Source: Escherichia phage vB_Ec-G1
Length of the DNA stretch: 64,000 bases
Sequence record: PQ433349.1
Strand: one strand, 5' to 3'
Position 1 is the stretch's first letter, and the number at the start of each line of letters is the position of its first letter. The notes beneath the pieces were generated by a model, which was not told the origin of the DNA, made no database searches, and was given only the letters and a program-made list of their open reading frames with translations. Of the stretch, positions 27,723 to 37,238 are shown in pieces. Position numbers and translations under genes: made by a program.

Positions 27723-28448
27723 TTACTTGTTAATAATATCTGCAATATTAGGTTTGACAAAGGTCGATGGTTTCATGATCTTACCTTTATCATCAAAGAA
27801 CACATACACTTTCTGTTTTTCATTATAAACAGCATGAACACCAGTGTATGCCCCTTCTGGACGATTGGCATTTCGTTCTTCAATTGCAGCGCATTCTTGT
27901 GCAATGGCTGAATCGATATCCGAAGTTTTCCAAGTTTTCAGCAACTGTTGTTTAGTTGGATACTTGGAATCATTACTTTTCAATACCTCTTTAATAACTT
28001 TCTTTTCTGGATATTTTGAACGGATTAGAGTGTCACGAGACATACGCATAATACCAGCAGCCATTAGTGCCATTTGAACTGGCTCTGTAAATGTTTGTTC
28101 CAAAGCATCGAAATCGGTATACACAGTTGGAGTAAAAACATCGCCTACAGCATAGTCCAAGAAATTCATCGTATGTTCTTCACCAAAAAACATGTAAGTC
28201 AGATAACTGGATACTACAAAAATATCCGCTGCTGCATCCAAGAGTTCTACATGATCGTTTACTTTCGCGGCTGTTTCATACTCTTTAAGCTCTTCACGAA
28301 CGAACCCGATTTGGGACATAAATAGCTCTTGAGTGAATTCAGGTTGTTCACCACCTCGTGCTTTGGCATTCCAATCAATTACGTGCTTTGCTGCATTTTT
28401 GAAAAATTCAGTATCGAATTTAATATCTTTAAAAAAATTCTCGATCAT
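27723..28448 (-). CDS. MazG-like all-alpha NTP pyrophosphohydrolase
   Basis: EELKEYE...ELLDAAAD acidic helix motif characteristic of MazG/dCTPase-like enzymes. Confidence 0.5.
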   Translation of the reverse strand: MIENFFKDIKFDTEFFKNAAKHVIDWNAKARGGEQPEFTQELFMSQIGFVREELKEYETAAKVNDHVELLDAAADIFVVSSYLTYMFFGEEHTMNFLDYAVGDVFTPTVYTDFDALEQTFTEPVQMALMAAGIMRMSRDTLIRSKYPEKKVIKEVLKSNDSKYPTKQQLLKTWKTSDIDSAIAQECAAIEERNANRPEGAYTGVHAVYNEKQKVYVFFDDKGKIMKPSTFVKPNIADIINK

Positions 28449-28457
28449 TATAACTCC

Positions 28458-28640
28458 TTATTTAAAATAGCTTTCTAGAAATTTGCTAATATTTACTACA
28501 GACTCACCCATGTAAATCCCTGCGAAACCGAAAACAAGCATACGTGGAATATTGAAATACCATTTATCCGCCGGAAAAGATGCCAGAATTACAATAGCAA
28601 TTGCTATCAACATCATAAGAATTGTTGCTAAAATTATCAT
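28458..28640 (-). CDS. small membrane protein
   Basis: Hydrophobic helices; start refined to ATG 28640 (GGAGG SD) to remove overlap. Confidence 0.4.
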   Translation of the reverse strand: MIILATILMMLIAIAIVILASFPADKWYFNIPRMLVFGFAGIYMGESVVNISKFLESYFK

Positions 28641-28831
28641 AAAAATGCCTCCAGGTATTTTGCACAATGATAAGCTAAGAAACAAGAAACTACCGCATAC
28701 CCAACTCCAGACATACATGAATCAATCGCAACACATATGGTTCTTTTCTTTGAATTCTTAGGAAAGTTTTCAGAAGCATTCATACAATAAAAAGAAAGCA
28801 CACTGAAAACGATTAAAATGGCTAAGAACAT
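28637..28831 (-). CDS. small membrane protein
   Basis: AGGAGG SD before ATG 28831; hydrophobic N-terminus. Confidence 0.45.
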   Translation of the reverse strand: MFLAILIVFSVLSFYCMNASENFPKNSKKRTICVAIDSCMSGVGYAVVSCFLAYHCAKYLEAFL

Positions 28832-28840
28832 TTTTCCTCC

Positions 28841-29956
28841 TTATTCTGCTGGTTCCCAAGTGCCTGGGATCATTTCTCGAATACGAACACCAACAGGTTT
28901 TGTTGGAATACCTTCATCTGAAAATTCTTCATACTCTATTTCAACGAACTGATTAATCAAGGTAGAAGCATTCTCTGCTTTACGATAATTGATAGTCTCA
29001 TGAGCATCTTTACGCATTAAGAATTCGACTACTTTACCATTTTCCATCTCACCTGTCAACACTCCATCACCATTTTTATCACTTTTTGAATTTGTTACTT
29101 TAACTTCAAGGGTGTGGCGAGGCTTACGTTTAATAACGTCATAAGAACGTTTATCAAATTCGTAAACTCCGTGAGCATTACGATATACTACACCTTCAGC
29201 TTTCTCAAGTAAAGCTTTTTCATAGAAAGCATCAAACTGTTCTTGGTTTTCAATATACTCTGTATGAACTACGCAAATAAGCTCGTCAAGACCATAATCT
29301 TCAACTACTGCCTTAAGAGCAGCAAGAACATCAACACGTTTTTCAAACGGTAGATCTGGAACTGGAATATCATATACGTAATAATTCAGCAAAGGTGTAT
29401 TTGCATTATGCTTCTTCCAGGCACTGTTAATTTGTTGCAGACTAAGAACACCTAACCCAGCAAACACTTCACCATCAAGAGGATGACCAACAACTTCACT
29501 AATAAAGTTTGGAATACCTTTCCAATGAGGTGGCAGGTTATACACTTCTCCAGCTTTTGATAAACACTCCCCTTTCATGTTAATCATAGAACGTAACCCG
29601 TTCAGTTTGTATTGTGCATAACCAGGGAACACAACCCTTTCAGGATAATCTTTATAATCCTGGCATTTCATTGGTGTGGAAGGAACATGGTTTTCAGCTT
29701 CTTCTTTTGTTTTATAATAGCCATTCTTTAACTGTTTTGTCCATTTGGCAAAAGCTTCAAGTTCAGCTTGTTCTTCTGGTGTTGTTTCATTGGAACGACC
29801 GATGTTTTTTGCTTCTGCTGTATAAGATTTTTCTGTGATTTTTCCACCTACCCTTCCATGAGCTACAGTAACAACTGCACCATCTGTATACACTGTCCAC
29901 TGTTTAAGTTTTCCTTTTGAATCTTTACCATACAGCGTTTGATTTGTTTGTTGCAT
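28841..29956 (-). CDS. ATP-dependent DNA ligase
   Basis: Motif I KLNGLR (KxDG-like), DGEVF, motif IV EGVVYR, motif V IKRKP; start refined to ATG 29956. Confidence 0.8.
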   Translation of the reverse strand: MQQTNQTLYGKDSKGKLKQWTVYTDGAVVTVAHGRVGGKITEKSYTAEAKNIGRSNETTPEEQAELEAFAKWTKQLKNGYYKTKEEAENHVPSTPMKCQDYKDYPERVVFPGYAQYKLNGLRSMINMKGECLSKAGEVYNLPPHWKGIPNFISEVVGHPLDGEVFAGLGVLSLQQINSAWKKHNANTPLLNYYVYDIPVPDLPFEKRVDVLAALKAVVEDYGLDELICVVHTEYIENQEQFDAFYEKALLEKAEGVVYRNAHGVYEFDKRSYDVIKRKPRHTLEVKVTNSKSDKNGDGVLTGEMENGKVVEFLMRKDAHETINYRKAENASTLINQFVEIEYEEFSDEGIPTKPVGVRIREMIPGTWEPAE

Positions 29957-30177
29957 TAGTCCTCCCATTTAAAAACTGAAATTTTCAATCTGTTACACAC
30001 TTCATCCAAATCTGCGTCGAGTAACGTTGTAGATGTTGCCAACATATAATCAATGCTTGTGAAACCTTGCCCTTTGGCATAGTCAAGCATATCTTCATAC
30101 ATATCTTCAAGATCACCGTCATCAAAAGTAGCTAGAAAATCCTCGTCCCCACTACGAACATAAAATGCAGTACTCAT
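29956..30177 (-). CDS. hypothetical acidic protein (73 aa)
   Basis: Minus ORF. Confidence 0.45.
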   Translation of the reverse strand: MSTAFYVRSGDEDFLATFDDGDLEDMYEDMLDYAKGQGFTSIDYMLATSTTLLDADLDEVCNRLKISVFKWED

Positions 30178-30362
30178 TCATCTTCATCCCAAGATTCAAA
30201 AGCACAGCAGTCATCGGTTTCTATAGTACCAGTACGTCCACAAGAAAGGCAAGTGATTTTATCACCGTAGAATACATAATTCTCGTCTCCGTTGGTATTC
30301 ACGGAAATCTGATCACTGCCACAGGGACATTCCAACCAAGGCACAATGATATCTTTCTTCAT
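30174..30362 (-). CDS. small zinc-ribbon protein
   Basis: CPCGS...CLSCGRTG four-Cys pattern. Confidence 0.45.
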   Translation of the reverse strand: MKKDIIVPWLECPCGSDQISVNTNGDENYVFYGDKITCLSCGRTGTIETDDCCAFESWDEDE

Positions 30363-30371
30363 GTTTTCTCC

Positions 30372-30524
30372 TTAACCTTTAGGTGTGCAGAATCCACGAT
30401 CAAATACATTCTTACGGATGCCTTCTGCTAAAGCCATCTCACAAGCCCCTTGCGATCCGAATTCTTGTGTATAATCATTACTACCATGACTCCAAAGAGC
30501 AAACAAAATATAGATTGTTGCCAT
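30372..30524 (-). CDS. small hypothetical protein (50 aa)
   Basis: Unlisted short ORF MATIYILFALW... with AAGGAGG SD. Confidence 0.3.
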   Translation of the reverse strand: MATIYILFALWSHGSNDYTQEFGSQGACEMALAEGIRKNVFDRGFCTPKG

Positions 30525-30533
30525 TTTTCCTCC

Positions 30534-30860
30534 TTAAGCATTCAGTTCGTTGTTGAGTTCGTAAATCTCCTCCTGGAGAGCATCAATCTCTTCTTCCAAA
30601 CGGGAGATCTCTTCTTTTAGATATACCATTTCGGATTCTTTCTCTTCTAATTCATTTTCAAATTTTACTTTATTAGCCTCATTTTCATAATGCAGTTCAG
30701 CGTAATCATCACGCATTTGTTCAATAAGATGAATCAGAGACAAGATATAATTGTCTCCCGTTTCATCACGCCACTCTTCACCGTGACGGAGAACGGTAAT
30801 TCGTCCAGTATCTTCATCTAAAATTGTCTCATATTTACGATCATCTGTATAAATCTGCAT
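30534..30860 (-). CDS. hypothetical coiled-coil protein
   Basis: Heptad-like EE/LE-rich C-terminal half. Confidence 0.5.
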   Translation of the reverse strand: MQIYTDDRKYETILDEDTGRITVLRHGEEWRDETGDNYILSLIHLIEQMRDDYAELHYENEANKVKFENELEEKESEMVYLKEEISRLEEEIDALQEEIYELNNELNA

Positions 30861-30869
30861 TATTTCTCC

Positions 30870-31274
30870 TTATTGAAGTTTAAGTGAACCACGAAGACGT
30901 TTCTCTTGCTGATCACGGATATATTGTGGAACATCGTGAATTGAATCATTACCGTGCCTATTTTCAACAACTAAAGAGATAACTTGATAACCAAACTCTT
31001 CAGCAAGAGCTAGATAAGGTTTAAGTTCTTTCTCTGTGGTTGAAGTATTAGAAACAATAATCTTGTTAAGATTAGATGCCATAGCATCACGAACAATACC
31101 CTGACACCATGCGTGTGCTTTACCTACATTTTCTGGCTTCCAGTCGTAAACACCACTTGCTGTGTAATGATATTGATCTGCCTCACAGATAGGCCAATAA
31201 CCTTCAGAAATAATTTCTGCTACCGTAGATTTACCAGCACCTGAAACGCCACGTAAAATGATAAGTTGTTTCAT
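30870..31274 (-). CDS. P-loop polynucleotide 5'-kinase-like protein
   Basis: MKQLIILRGVSGAGKST Walker A at N-terminus as in T4 Pnk kinase domain. Confidence 0.65.
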   Translation of the reverse strand: MKQLIILRGVSGAGKSTVAEIISEGYWPICEADQYHYTASGVYDWKPENVGKAHAWCQGIVRDAMASNLNKIIVSNTSTTEKELKPYLALAEEFGYQVISLVVENRHGNDSIHDVPQYIRDQQEKRLRGSLKLQ

Positions 31275-32207
31275 TTATCCTCCAAAGAAGTTTTCGATTT
31301 TTTCACGTCGCTCTTGCTGATTTAAAGCAGCCCATTGAGTCTTCGTAAAATTATTTCGAATCCATTCTAACAAAGCGTAATATTCTTCGTCAACAATTTG
31401 TTTGGCATTTTTCGGATTATCCCAAATCAGATCCCACTTTTTATCTCCACCGCGCATAAGAAACTTCTTAGTAAGATAGTGTGGTGATTTAATTTTTAAA
31501 AGTAAGTTGAACGGATAGTTTGTTTCACGAACTACAAACCCTTCGTGTTTACAATGTTTAGACATTTCAACAACATCTGAAAACTTAACCATTGGATGAA
31601 CTTCAGGACGCTTAAATTTGGTGACAGAAGCAATTCCATCAAGAGCACCTTCAGGTAACATAAAACTTGTCCCATCAGGATTTTGAATTCTGGCACCAAT
31701 TAAGTATGCACCTGGTTCTTCTTCGACAATATGCGGATCAGAAGGATCACAGATTTCAAAAAGGAAAGTTGCTTTTGCACTCTCTGTCCATTTGATGAAA
31801 TGTTCTATGTCATCACACTCTGAAACAATATGCTTCTTTGCAATACTTGCAAAATCTGATTCAAGGCTTCCTGTTGTCGATACAATAAGTTGACCTTTAT
31901 ATACACCTACAGAGGCCATAAAACCATTTACTTTACGAACCACATCTACAAGTTCATCCGCTGGTAGATCTGTGCCATTCTCAAAACGATTAAAAATCTT
32001 AGTGAAAGGCCAAATAACAACATTGTCATCAGCGTCAACAACGATTCCGCGACATTCTAGAAGACGAGAATCAATGCTCCATAAGTTATCCCAGAAAACT
32101 TTGTTCTTATACTTAAGAACAGATAGACCAGAATACTCTCCTTCTTTATATGTTTTCTTATGAACTAAACCTTTTTCAACCAAATCGTCGCAATTAAATT
32201 TAGCCAC
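31275..32207 (-). CDS. RNA ligase-like nucleotidyltransferase (Rnl2-type)
   Basis: Motif I-like KVNG, motif IV EGFVVRE, motif V LKIK; flanked by kinase and phosphoesterase. Confidence 0.55.
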   Translation of the reverse strand: MAKFNCDDLVEKGLVHKKTYKEGEYSGLSVLKYKNKVFWDNLWSIDSRLLECRGIVVDADDNVVIWPFTKIFNRFENGTDLPADELVDVVRKVNGFMASVGVYKGQLIVSTTGSLESDFASIAKKHIVSECDDIEHFIKWTESAKATFLFEICDPSDPHIVEEEPGAYLIGARIQNPDGTSFMLPEGALDGIASVTKFKRPEVHPMVKFSDVVEMSKHCKHEGFVVRETNYPFNLLLKIKSPHYLTKKFLMRGGDKKWDLIWDNPKNAKQIVDEEYYALLEWIRNNFTKTQWAALNQQERREKIENFFGG

Positions 32208-32208
32208 A

Positions 32209-32760
32209 TTACTCTCCTTTGATTATTTTGTGATGGTCTACAGTCACGATATCTCGTTTACTCATCATAGAAATTATCTCATCAAAATGCAAGATTTTTC
32301 CGTGTGCATCCCAACCCACATCTAACATTTTACCATAAGCTTCATCAGGGAAAGATCCGTGGGAATGCCCGTGTAGCATGATTGATCCACGACCTTGTTT
32401 ATTCCAGGAGGCCATAGGGTAATGGCTTAAGACGAAGAACAGCTTCTGATATTTCACTTCGTCATAATACACCACTTCTCCATACTCTGCAAGCACTTCT
32501 CGGTGTTTGCTGTAGTCATGGTTCCCAACACAGTAGGTGATATCTCCTTGGAGACGGGAAGCAATTTTACGGGTATCTTCTTCAGTTCCGAAACAGAAGT
32601 CGCCCAAATGCCACATCTTAACACCAGGAGTAGTAGCACATTTGTTCCATGCTTCGATCAAGGCTTCTGTCATGTGGTCCATATCTTCCCAGGGACGATA
32701 TTCAGGAGCAAACTCTCGAATACGTTTATGCATAAAATGCAAATCGCTTGTAATAAACAT
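32209..32760 (-). CDS. calcineurin-like metallophosphoesterase
   Basis: DLHFMH, GDFCFG, GNHD, HGHSH motifs. Confidence 0.75.
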   Translation of the reverse strand: MFITSDLHFMHKRIREFAPEYRPWEDMDHMTEALIEAWNKCATTPGVKMWHLGDFCFGTEEDTRKIASRLQGDITYCVGNHDYSKHREVLAEYGEVVYYDEVKYQKLFFVLSHYPMASWNKQGRGSIMLHGHSHGSFPDEAYGKMLDVGWDAHGKILHFDEIISMMSKRDIVTVDHHKIIKGE

Positions 32761-33116
32761 TAGTATAATCCCTCGCTAAATAATTCATGGTCGTGACCAT
32801 TACGCTCATGGTCGATCTGGTCAGCATTTTCCGCGATGATGTAAGCATCCGCACGACTCCACCAATTGTAATACTGATCGATAAAGCCTTGATTATCTGG
32901 TCTGCACAAAGTTTTGTTGATTACACCTGCTTCTTTCAACACGTTTAACTGTGCATATAGTACAGGATTTGCATGTCGAACACAAGGAATAATTAACTCT
33001 TCACCATTATTCAAAATATACTTATTTGCAGCACAGACGATAACACGTTGCGCATAATGACCCTCACCCATCCAAGTGAGAGGTTGGTAACAAATGTTCT
33101 GATCAATACTGCTCAT
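32760..33116 (-). CDS. hypothetical protein (118 aa)
   Basis: Minus ORF. Confidence 0.5.
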   Translation of the reverse strand: MSSIDQNICYQPLTWMGEGHYAQRVIVCAANKYILNNGEELIIPCVRHANPVLYAQLNVLKEAGVINKTLCRPDNQGFIDQYYNWWSRADAYIIAENADQIDHERNGHDHELFSEGLY

Positions 33117-33127
33117 TAAGTTTCTCC

Positions 33128-33484
33128 TTAATAGTGAACACGCTTCATTTGAATACCATAACGCAGCATGGATTCTTTTGCAAGCATGAATTTATCCCCA
33201 GCGGAGGGATTAGAAGTATGCACGAAAATAGTAGGTGAACCAAAACAAGGTTTACCAAACATCAGGAGTTCTTCCAAACGTAAGAAAACATCATACCCAT
33301 CTTGATCAGAGTCTTCACCCAAATCGTTGTCAAAATGCCACTCGTCTACAAAACGATAACCCTTCTGCACCTCGTTCATGTAACGAGAGGCAAGAAGTTC
33401 CTGTGATGTTTTAAACCAGATTGCATCTGGATAACCATAATCTTTTGGATCACGTAAATCATCAAGCCAAATAATAGTATCCAT
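33128..33484 (-). CDS. hypothetical protein (118 aa)
   Basis: Minus ORF. Confidence 0.5.
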   Translation of the reverse strand: MDTIIWLDDLRDPKDYGYPDAIWFKTSQELLASRYMNEVQKGYRFVDEWHFDNDLGEDSDQDGYDVFLRLEELLMFGKPCFGSPTIFVHTSNPSAGDKFMLAKESMLRYGIQMKRVHY

Positions 33485-33494
33485 ATAACCTCCT

Positions 33495-33965
33495 CTAAGC
33501 AGGCATGATTAAAAAAGAACTCTCTACTTCAAAATGCCAATCCTCCACAAGCCCTGATTCCCAATCCTTCTCTTCATGGAAAGAGCAAATCCAACGGTAC
33601 ATACCTGGCGGTGTATTCTCAACATCTTCTGGCAACCCATAATCCAAAGCTGTCTTACCGTTCTCTGTAAAACTAGGATGGAGATTAGGAGCTTTCAATA
33701 CAGAAACCCTGCCTCCAACATCTACAGCCACAATCCACTCTGTCATGTATGGGCTGTCATATTGAGGCTCATCAGAACCTAACTCAACAGCCTCTGTGCG
33801 TAAGATGATAATAGCCTGCTCTGTGATTGGAGCTTTGACAATATAACCGTGGTCCTCAAAAAGATCGATAACCTCGAACTCATCGCCGTTTTCGACACCA
33901 TAACTCTTATTCAAAGAGATAAACTTCGGGTTATCATCGTAAGCTTTAGTTACTTTAATTCTCAT
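33495..33965 (-). CDS. hypothetical protein (156 aa)
   Basis: Minus ORF. Confidence 0.5.
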   Translation of the reverse strand: MRIKVTKAYDDNPKFISLNKSYGVENGDEFEVIDLFEDHGYIVKAPITEQAIIILRTEAVELGSDEPQYDSPYMTEWIVAVDVGGRVSVLKAPNLHPSFTENGKTALDYGLPEDVENTPPGMYRWICSFHEEKDWESGLVEDWHFEVESSFLIMPA

Positions 33966-34186
33966 TTTTCCTCCTTCACTTTAACCTCAAATTCTACAGG
34001 CTTACCCTCAATGTAAAAACACTGATACTCTGCCTTATCATCCTCGTCACGAGGCCAAGTTACCAAGGAGTTATAGCAATCTTCTGGTGCTTTGAAGATG
34101 TTTTTAGTCTCCACAGTAACATTCCCATTAAGTGTTGCCAATACCACCCAACCAGCTACAGGGATCATAGTGTCTCCACTTTCCAC
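33962..34186 (-). CDS. hypothetical protein (74 aa)
   Basis: Small minus ORF with stop/start overlap. Confidence 0.4.
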   Translation of the reverse strand: MESGDTMIPVAGWVVLATLNGNVTVETKNIFKAPEDCYNSLVTWPRDEDDKAEYQCFYIEGKPVEFEVKVKEEK

Positions 34187-34347
34187 GTTTTACCATTATC
34201 AACCAAGGTCTTTGCTACAGCATACTCCTTCCCATTAATAATGAAATAATAAACTATAAAAGATTTTCCGATTGTTACTGTCTTAGTAACCTCTACGCGT
34301 TTAACACCTTGCATGTATTTCGCCTTACCGGAATAGAGTAAAATCAT
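34165..34347 (-). CDS. hypothetical protein (60 aa)
   Basis: Small minus ORF. Confidence 0.4.
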   Translation of the reverse strand: MILLYSGKAKYMQGVKRVEVTKTVTIGKSFIVYYFIINGKEYAVAKTLVDNGKTWKVETL

Positions 34348-34625
34348 TTTGCATTCCTCTTGTTGTTGATAACATCCATAGCAGTATATGGTTTATTAGT
34401 GCCATGATACTCTAGAATCATTGGAGAGCCTTCTTGCACTACTTCAAAGATACCATAAACAGAACTTTCAGCAAATACCATTTGCTTCGTGCCTTCATCG
34501 TTTACAACGAGAGAAAACTTCTTGCCTGTCCCGTTGAGGATCTCGTATTTCTTGCCAGCAGTGAATAATCCAGAGTACCACTCATTATCTGTTGCTTTTA
34601 CACACTTCAGGAAAGTCTTGATCAT
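34344..34625 (-). CDS. hypothetical protein (93 aa)
   Basis: Small minus ORF. Confidence 0.45.
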   Translation of the reverse strand: MIKTFLKCVKATDNEWYSGLFTAGKKYEILNGTGKKFSLVVNDEGTKQMVFAESSVYGIFEVVQEGSPMILEYHGTNKPYTAMDVINNKRNAK

Positions 34626-34975
34626 TTCTTTTTGCTCCTCTTTTTAGATTTCTCATACAAACCTAACACAGCCGCTTCTTTTGCACAAGTAGGAACTGAA
34701 GTCATTCCTCTTCTTTTTGCTTCTGGTAGTTGCAAAGTCCATATTCCCCACCAATAAATTTGGTCTGCCGTGAGTGGTTCAGCCATTGGATCTGCCTCCT
34801 GCTCCTCAAGACGTTGCAACGCTTCTTCAATCTTCGCGATTGGTGTGTCAAAGACGAATGCCTCCGTATCAAATTTATCTTTCTTAGGAACTGATTTGGC
34901 TACTTTGAGAACCTCGTTTTTCGGTTTCTTAGTAACGTTCTTTGGCTTTGATAACTTCTTCGGTGTTTTCGCCAC
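34622..34975 (-). CDS. hypothetical protein with lysine-rich N-terminus
   Basis: KKxxKPK-rich N-terminal 35 residues. Confidence 0.45.
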   Translation of the reverse strand: MAKTPKKLSKPKNVTKKPKNEVLKVAKSVPKKDKFDTEAFVFDTPIAKIEEALQRLEEQEADPMAEPLTADQIYWWGIWTLQLPEAKRRGMTSVPTCAKEAAVLGLYEKSKKRSKKK

Positions 34976-35168
34976 TTACTACCTCCATACGATCTAAAAA
35001 GTCATTCACAAATCTCCAATAACGTTGACCTGTTCTAAGATCTTCATAGATAACAACAGGATCAAACACTTTAGATATTCCGGCAGGTTTTGGAAATTCC
35101 ACGACCGTATATAAGCCACCTTTTGATACACAAGAATAGGTTACACCTGTAATTGGATATTTGCTCAT
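34929..35168 (-). CDS. hypothetical protein (79 aa)
   Basis: Small minus ORF. Confidence 0.4.
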   Translation of the reverse strand: MSKYPITGVTYSCVSKGGLYTVVEFPKPAGISKVFDPVVIYEDLRTGQRYWRFVNDFLDRMEVVSGENTEEVIKAKERY

Positions 35169-35359
35169 TTCTTTACGTACTCCATGATTGGGGTATGGTC
35201 GCCAGTGAGCGTCACACGGTTGTAGGAAACGTTTTGTGTCTTCAACGTCTCAATCCATTCCAGGAAATGTTCTTTCGCTTCTGTGTAGTTCTGGGTGCCT
35301 TTAACAACATGAATATCATCCAGGGTGACACGGAATACCATTTGAATAACGTCTTTCAT
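35165..35359 (-). CDS. hypothetical protein (64 aa)
   Basis: Small minus ORF. Confidence 0.4.
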   Translation of the reverse strand: MKDVIQMVFRVTLDDIHVVKGTQNYTEAKEHFLEWIETLKTQNVSYNRVTLTGDHTPIMEYVKK

Positions 35360-35472
35360 TTCTTACCTCCTTTGCTGTCAAAATAGCTTACCAGAACATC
35401 GTGAACCACACAAATGGCGAAAATCAGAACAATTGTTGCCAGGACTGGGTGCTCACTAATTAGTGCTATCAT
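35356..35472 (-). CDS. small hydrophobic peptide (38 aa)
   Basis: Unlisted ORF MIALISEHPVLATIVLIFAICVV... with GGAGG SD; ATGA overlap with next gene. Confidence 0.3.
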   Translation of the reverse strand: MIALISEHPVLATIVLIFAICVVHDVLVSYFDSKGGKK

Positions 35473-35779
35473 CTTTAACTACCTCCAGTTGCCTTTCGAG
35501 TTTAACTTTGTTTGAGAACTGATAATGACACAGCTTACAATCAATGTCAACAATCTGATCGTGATTTAACCCTACAATTTTAACTTCCTTTGCACCATCC
35601 CACTCTAAGTATTCGAAGTCTGATAAACAACTACTCTTACTTAAAATAAAATCCACCTGTTGCCACTCCACCTGCATATCATCGATATGATAAGCTGCAC
35701 AGAATACATCATGGTAGTAAAATGCTATCATAACCATCTTTTCATCAATAGCAACTACTTCCCGCCTTGTAAATCTCAT
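35456..35779 (-). CDS. hypothetical protein (107 aa), first gene of minus-strand block
   Basis: TAGGAGG SD before ATG 35779; adjacent to divergent control region. Confidence 0.5.
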   Translation of the reverse strand: MRFTRREVVAIDEKMVMIAFYYHDVFCAAYHIDDMQVEWQQVDFILSKSSCLSDFEYLEWDGAKEVKIVGLNHDQIVDIDCKLCHYQFSNKVKLERQLEVVKDDSTN

Positions 35780-36039
35780 TCTAGCCTCCTAAACGCGTCT
35801 CTGACGCACTTTTTATATATAAGATGATAAATCACCTTACCTCGTAAGTAAACTTGCTCTACGAGCCTCTTATGAAGCTTGTGTTATAGGCTATACTATT
35901 GCTACCTGCTTAAGCAAGGTTTTTGCACACAGAAAATAATTTTAATAAAACTCTTGACTTTTGTGTTCGAAGTATGCTACCCTAGAAATCTATTAACGAG
36001 CGCAGCGAGTTAAGGTTTTAGGTTGTTGATGTAGTACTC

Positions 36040-36245
36040 TGTACTCAAGTACTGTACTCCGTACTAGATTAATAATTATTAAATATTAATAATAAATAAT
36101 TATTAGATCTAACAAACAGGTACAGTGTATCAGAACTGGTACGTACAGATCAACTTCTATCAATTAAAAAATAAAATAATAAATTATTATAAATAATAGT
36201 TGATCTATAGATCAGTATGAAGTACAGTACGGAACATCTTAACAA
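36040..36245. repeat. AT-rich dyad-symmetric region with GTAC-containing repeats (candidate origin/divergent control region)
   Basis: CTGTAC copies on left, GTACAG copies on right, palindromic AATAATTATT core, GATCAACT/AGTTGATC inverted pair. Confidence 0.5.
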
Positions 36246-36260
36246 GAATGGAGGTGTGCA

Positions 36261-36446
36261 ATGATTAGTGAGAATCCGTGCAAATGGCATCATGTGCCTA
36301 TTAAAGATTGTATGTCTTGTAATCCACGTTCTATTTATAACATTGCATCTTATGACGATGACAATGTGTTAGACGATGATGAAGGCTGGGAGGATTTAGA
36401 TTGGACTGGTTATGAAACCAAAAAGGATAAAATTATTCCTAGTTGA
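36261..36446 (+). CDS. hypothetical acidic protein (61 aa)
   Basis: GGAGGTG SD; first plus-strand gene after control region. Confidence 0.5.
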   Translation: MISENPCKWHHVPIKDCMSCNPRSIYNIASYDDDNVLDDDEGWEDLDWTGYETKKDKIIPS

Positions 36447-36483
36447 CTTAAGATATCCTTCGTGCTAAACTAGAAGTGAGGAG

Positions 36484-36735
36484 ATGCCGATCACTCCCCA
36501 TTTGGGGTTCGAAGGATATATGCAAAATAGTTTTTATTTTAGGTGCCGTGCTTGTAATAGGCATTTGACAAACCACTCCAGACGTGATAAAAATGGAGTC
36601 ATCAAGGAATCAGACCTCTGTTCTATTTGCACAGGTTTGGCTTTTGATGATAGTCCCGAAAGGGTTTATCAGCATCAATGTATAACAGACGTTCTCGTGT
36701 CAAACTTGGTAGAGGACGAACAACTAACAGATTAG
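36484..36735 (+). CDS. hypothetical Cys-rich protein (83 aa)
   Basis: GAGGAG SD; CRACN...CSIC Cys pairs. Confidence 0.5.
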   Translation: MPITPHLGFEGYMQNSFYFRCRACNRHLTNHSRRDKNGVIKESDLCSICTGLAFDDSPERVYQHQCITDVLVSNLVEDEQLTD

Positions 36736-36743
36736 GAGGAACA

Positions 36744-36992
36744 ATGTCTCTATTAGAAAAACACGTGTTTGAAGATGGTAACGGCAATGCAGTTTTTCTT
36801 TTCCATCCAGAAAAATACACATCTGAAAACAATGGTACAACTTCTATTGTAATCACTAAAGATGTTAAAGTTATTGATTTCTTGGCTCTGATGCGAGAGA
36901 TGGATCTTGAAATTAATACTTTTAACGCAGAAGCTTTGGTTGTTGCTCTTCTGGAAAAGAAAGATAGTGAAGAAGTAGCAGAATATGCTTAA
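36744..36992 (+). CDS. hypothetical protein (82 aa)
   Basis: AGGAGG SD before ATG 36744 (shorter than the track ORF 36678..36992). Confidence 0.5.
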   Translation: MSLLEKHVFEDGNGNAVFLFHPEKYTSENNGTTSIVITKDVKVIDFLALMREMDLEINTFNAEALVVALLEKKDSEEVAEYA

Positions 36993-37238
36993 ATAACTAT
37001 TGACAAACGTATCCTTCATATGTTAGGATACGTTCATCAAGTGTGGTAACAGGGTCGTTGACTTTTGTTAAGAGGGGCTTGCACTGCGGTAGTGTTAGAG
37101 ACTACTTCTTCAGAGGTTAGCTACCAAAGAGGAAAAGGAATAGTCTCGGCTCAAGAACTTTTACGCTGAAAGTTGGGCTTGGTCTTAGAGAATGTAGCGG
37201 TTCTCTGCAATTGTCAGCGTCTCTGTTACCACATTTAT

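Noticed and set aside
35954-35989. TTGACT motif as a plus-strand promoter in the divergent region
   Set aside because: No acceptable -10 hexamer at 16-18 nt spacing (TATGCT is 13 nt away, TAGAAA 24 nt away).
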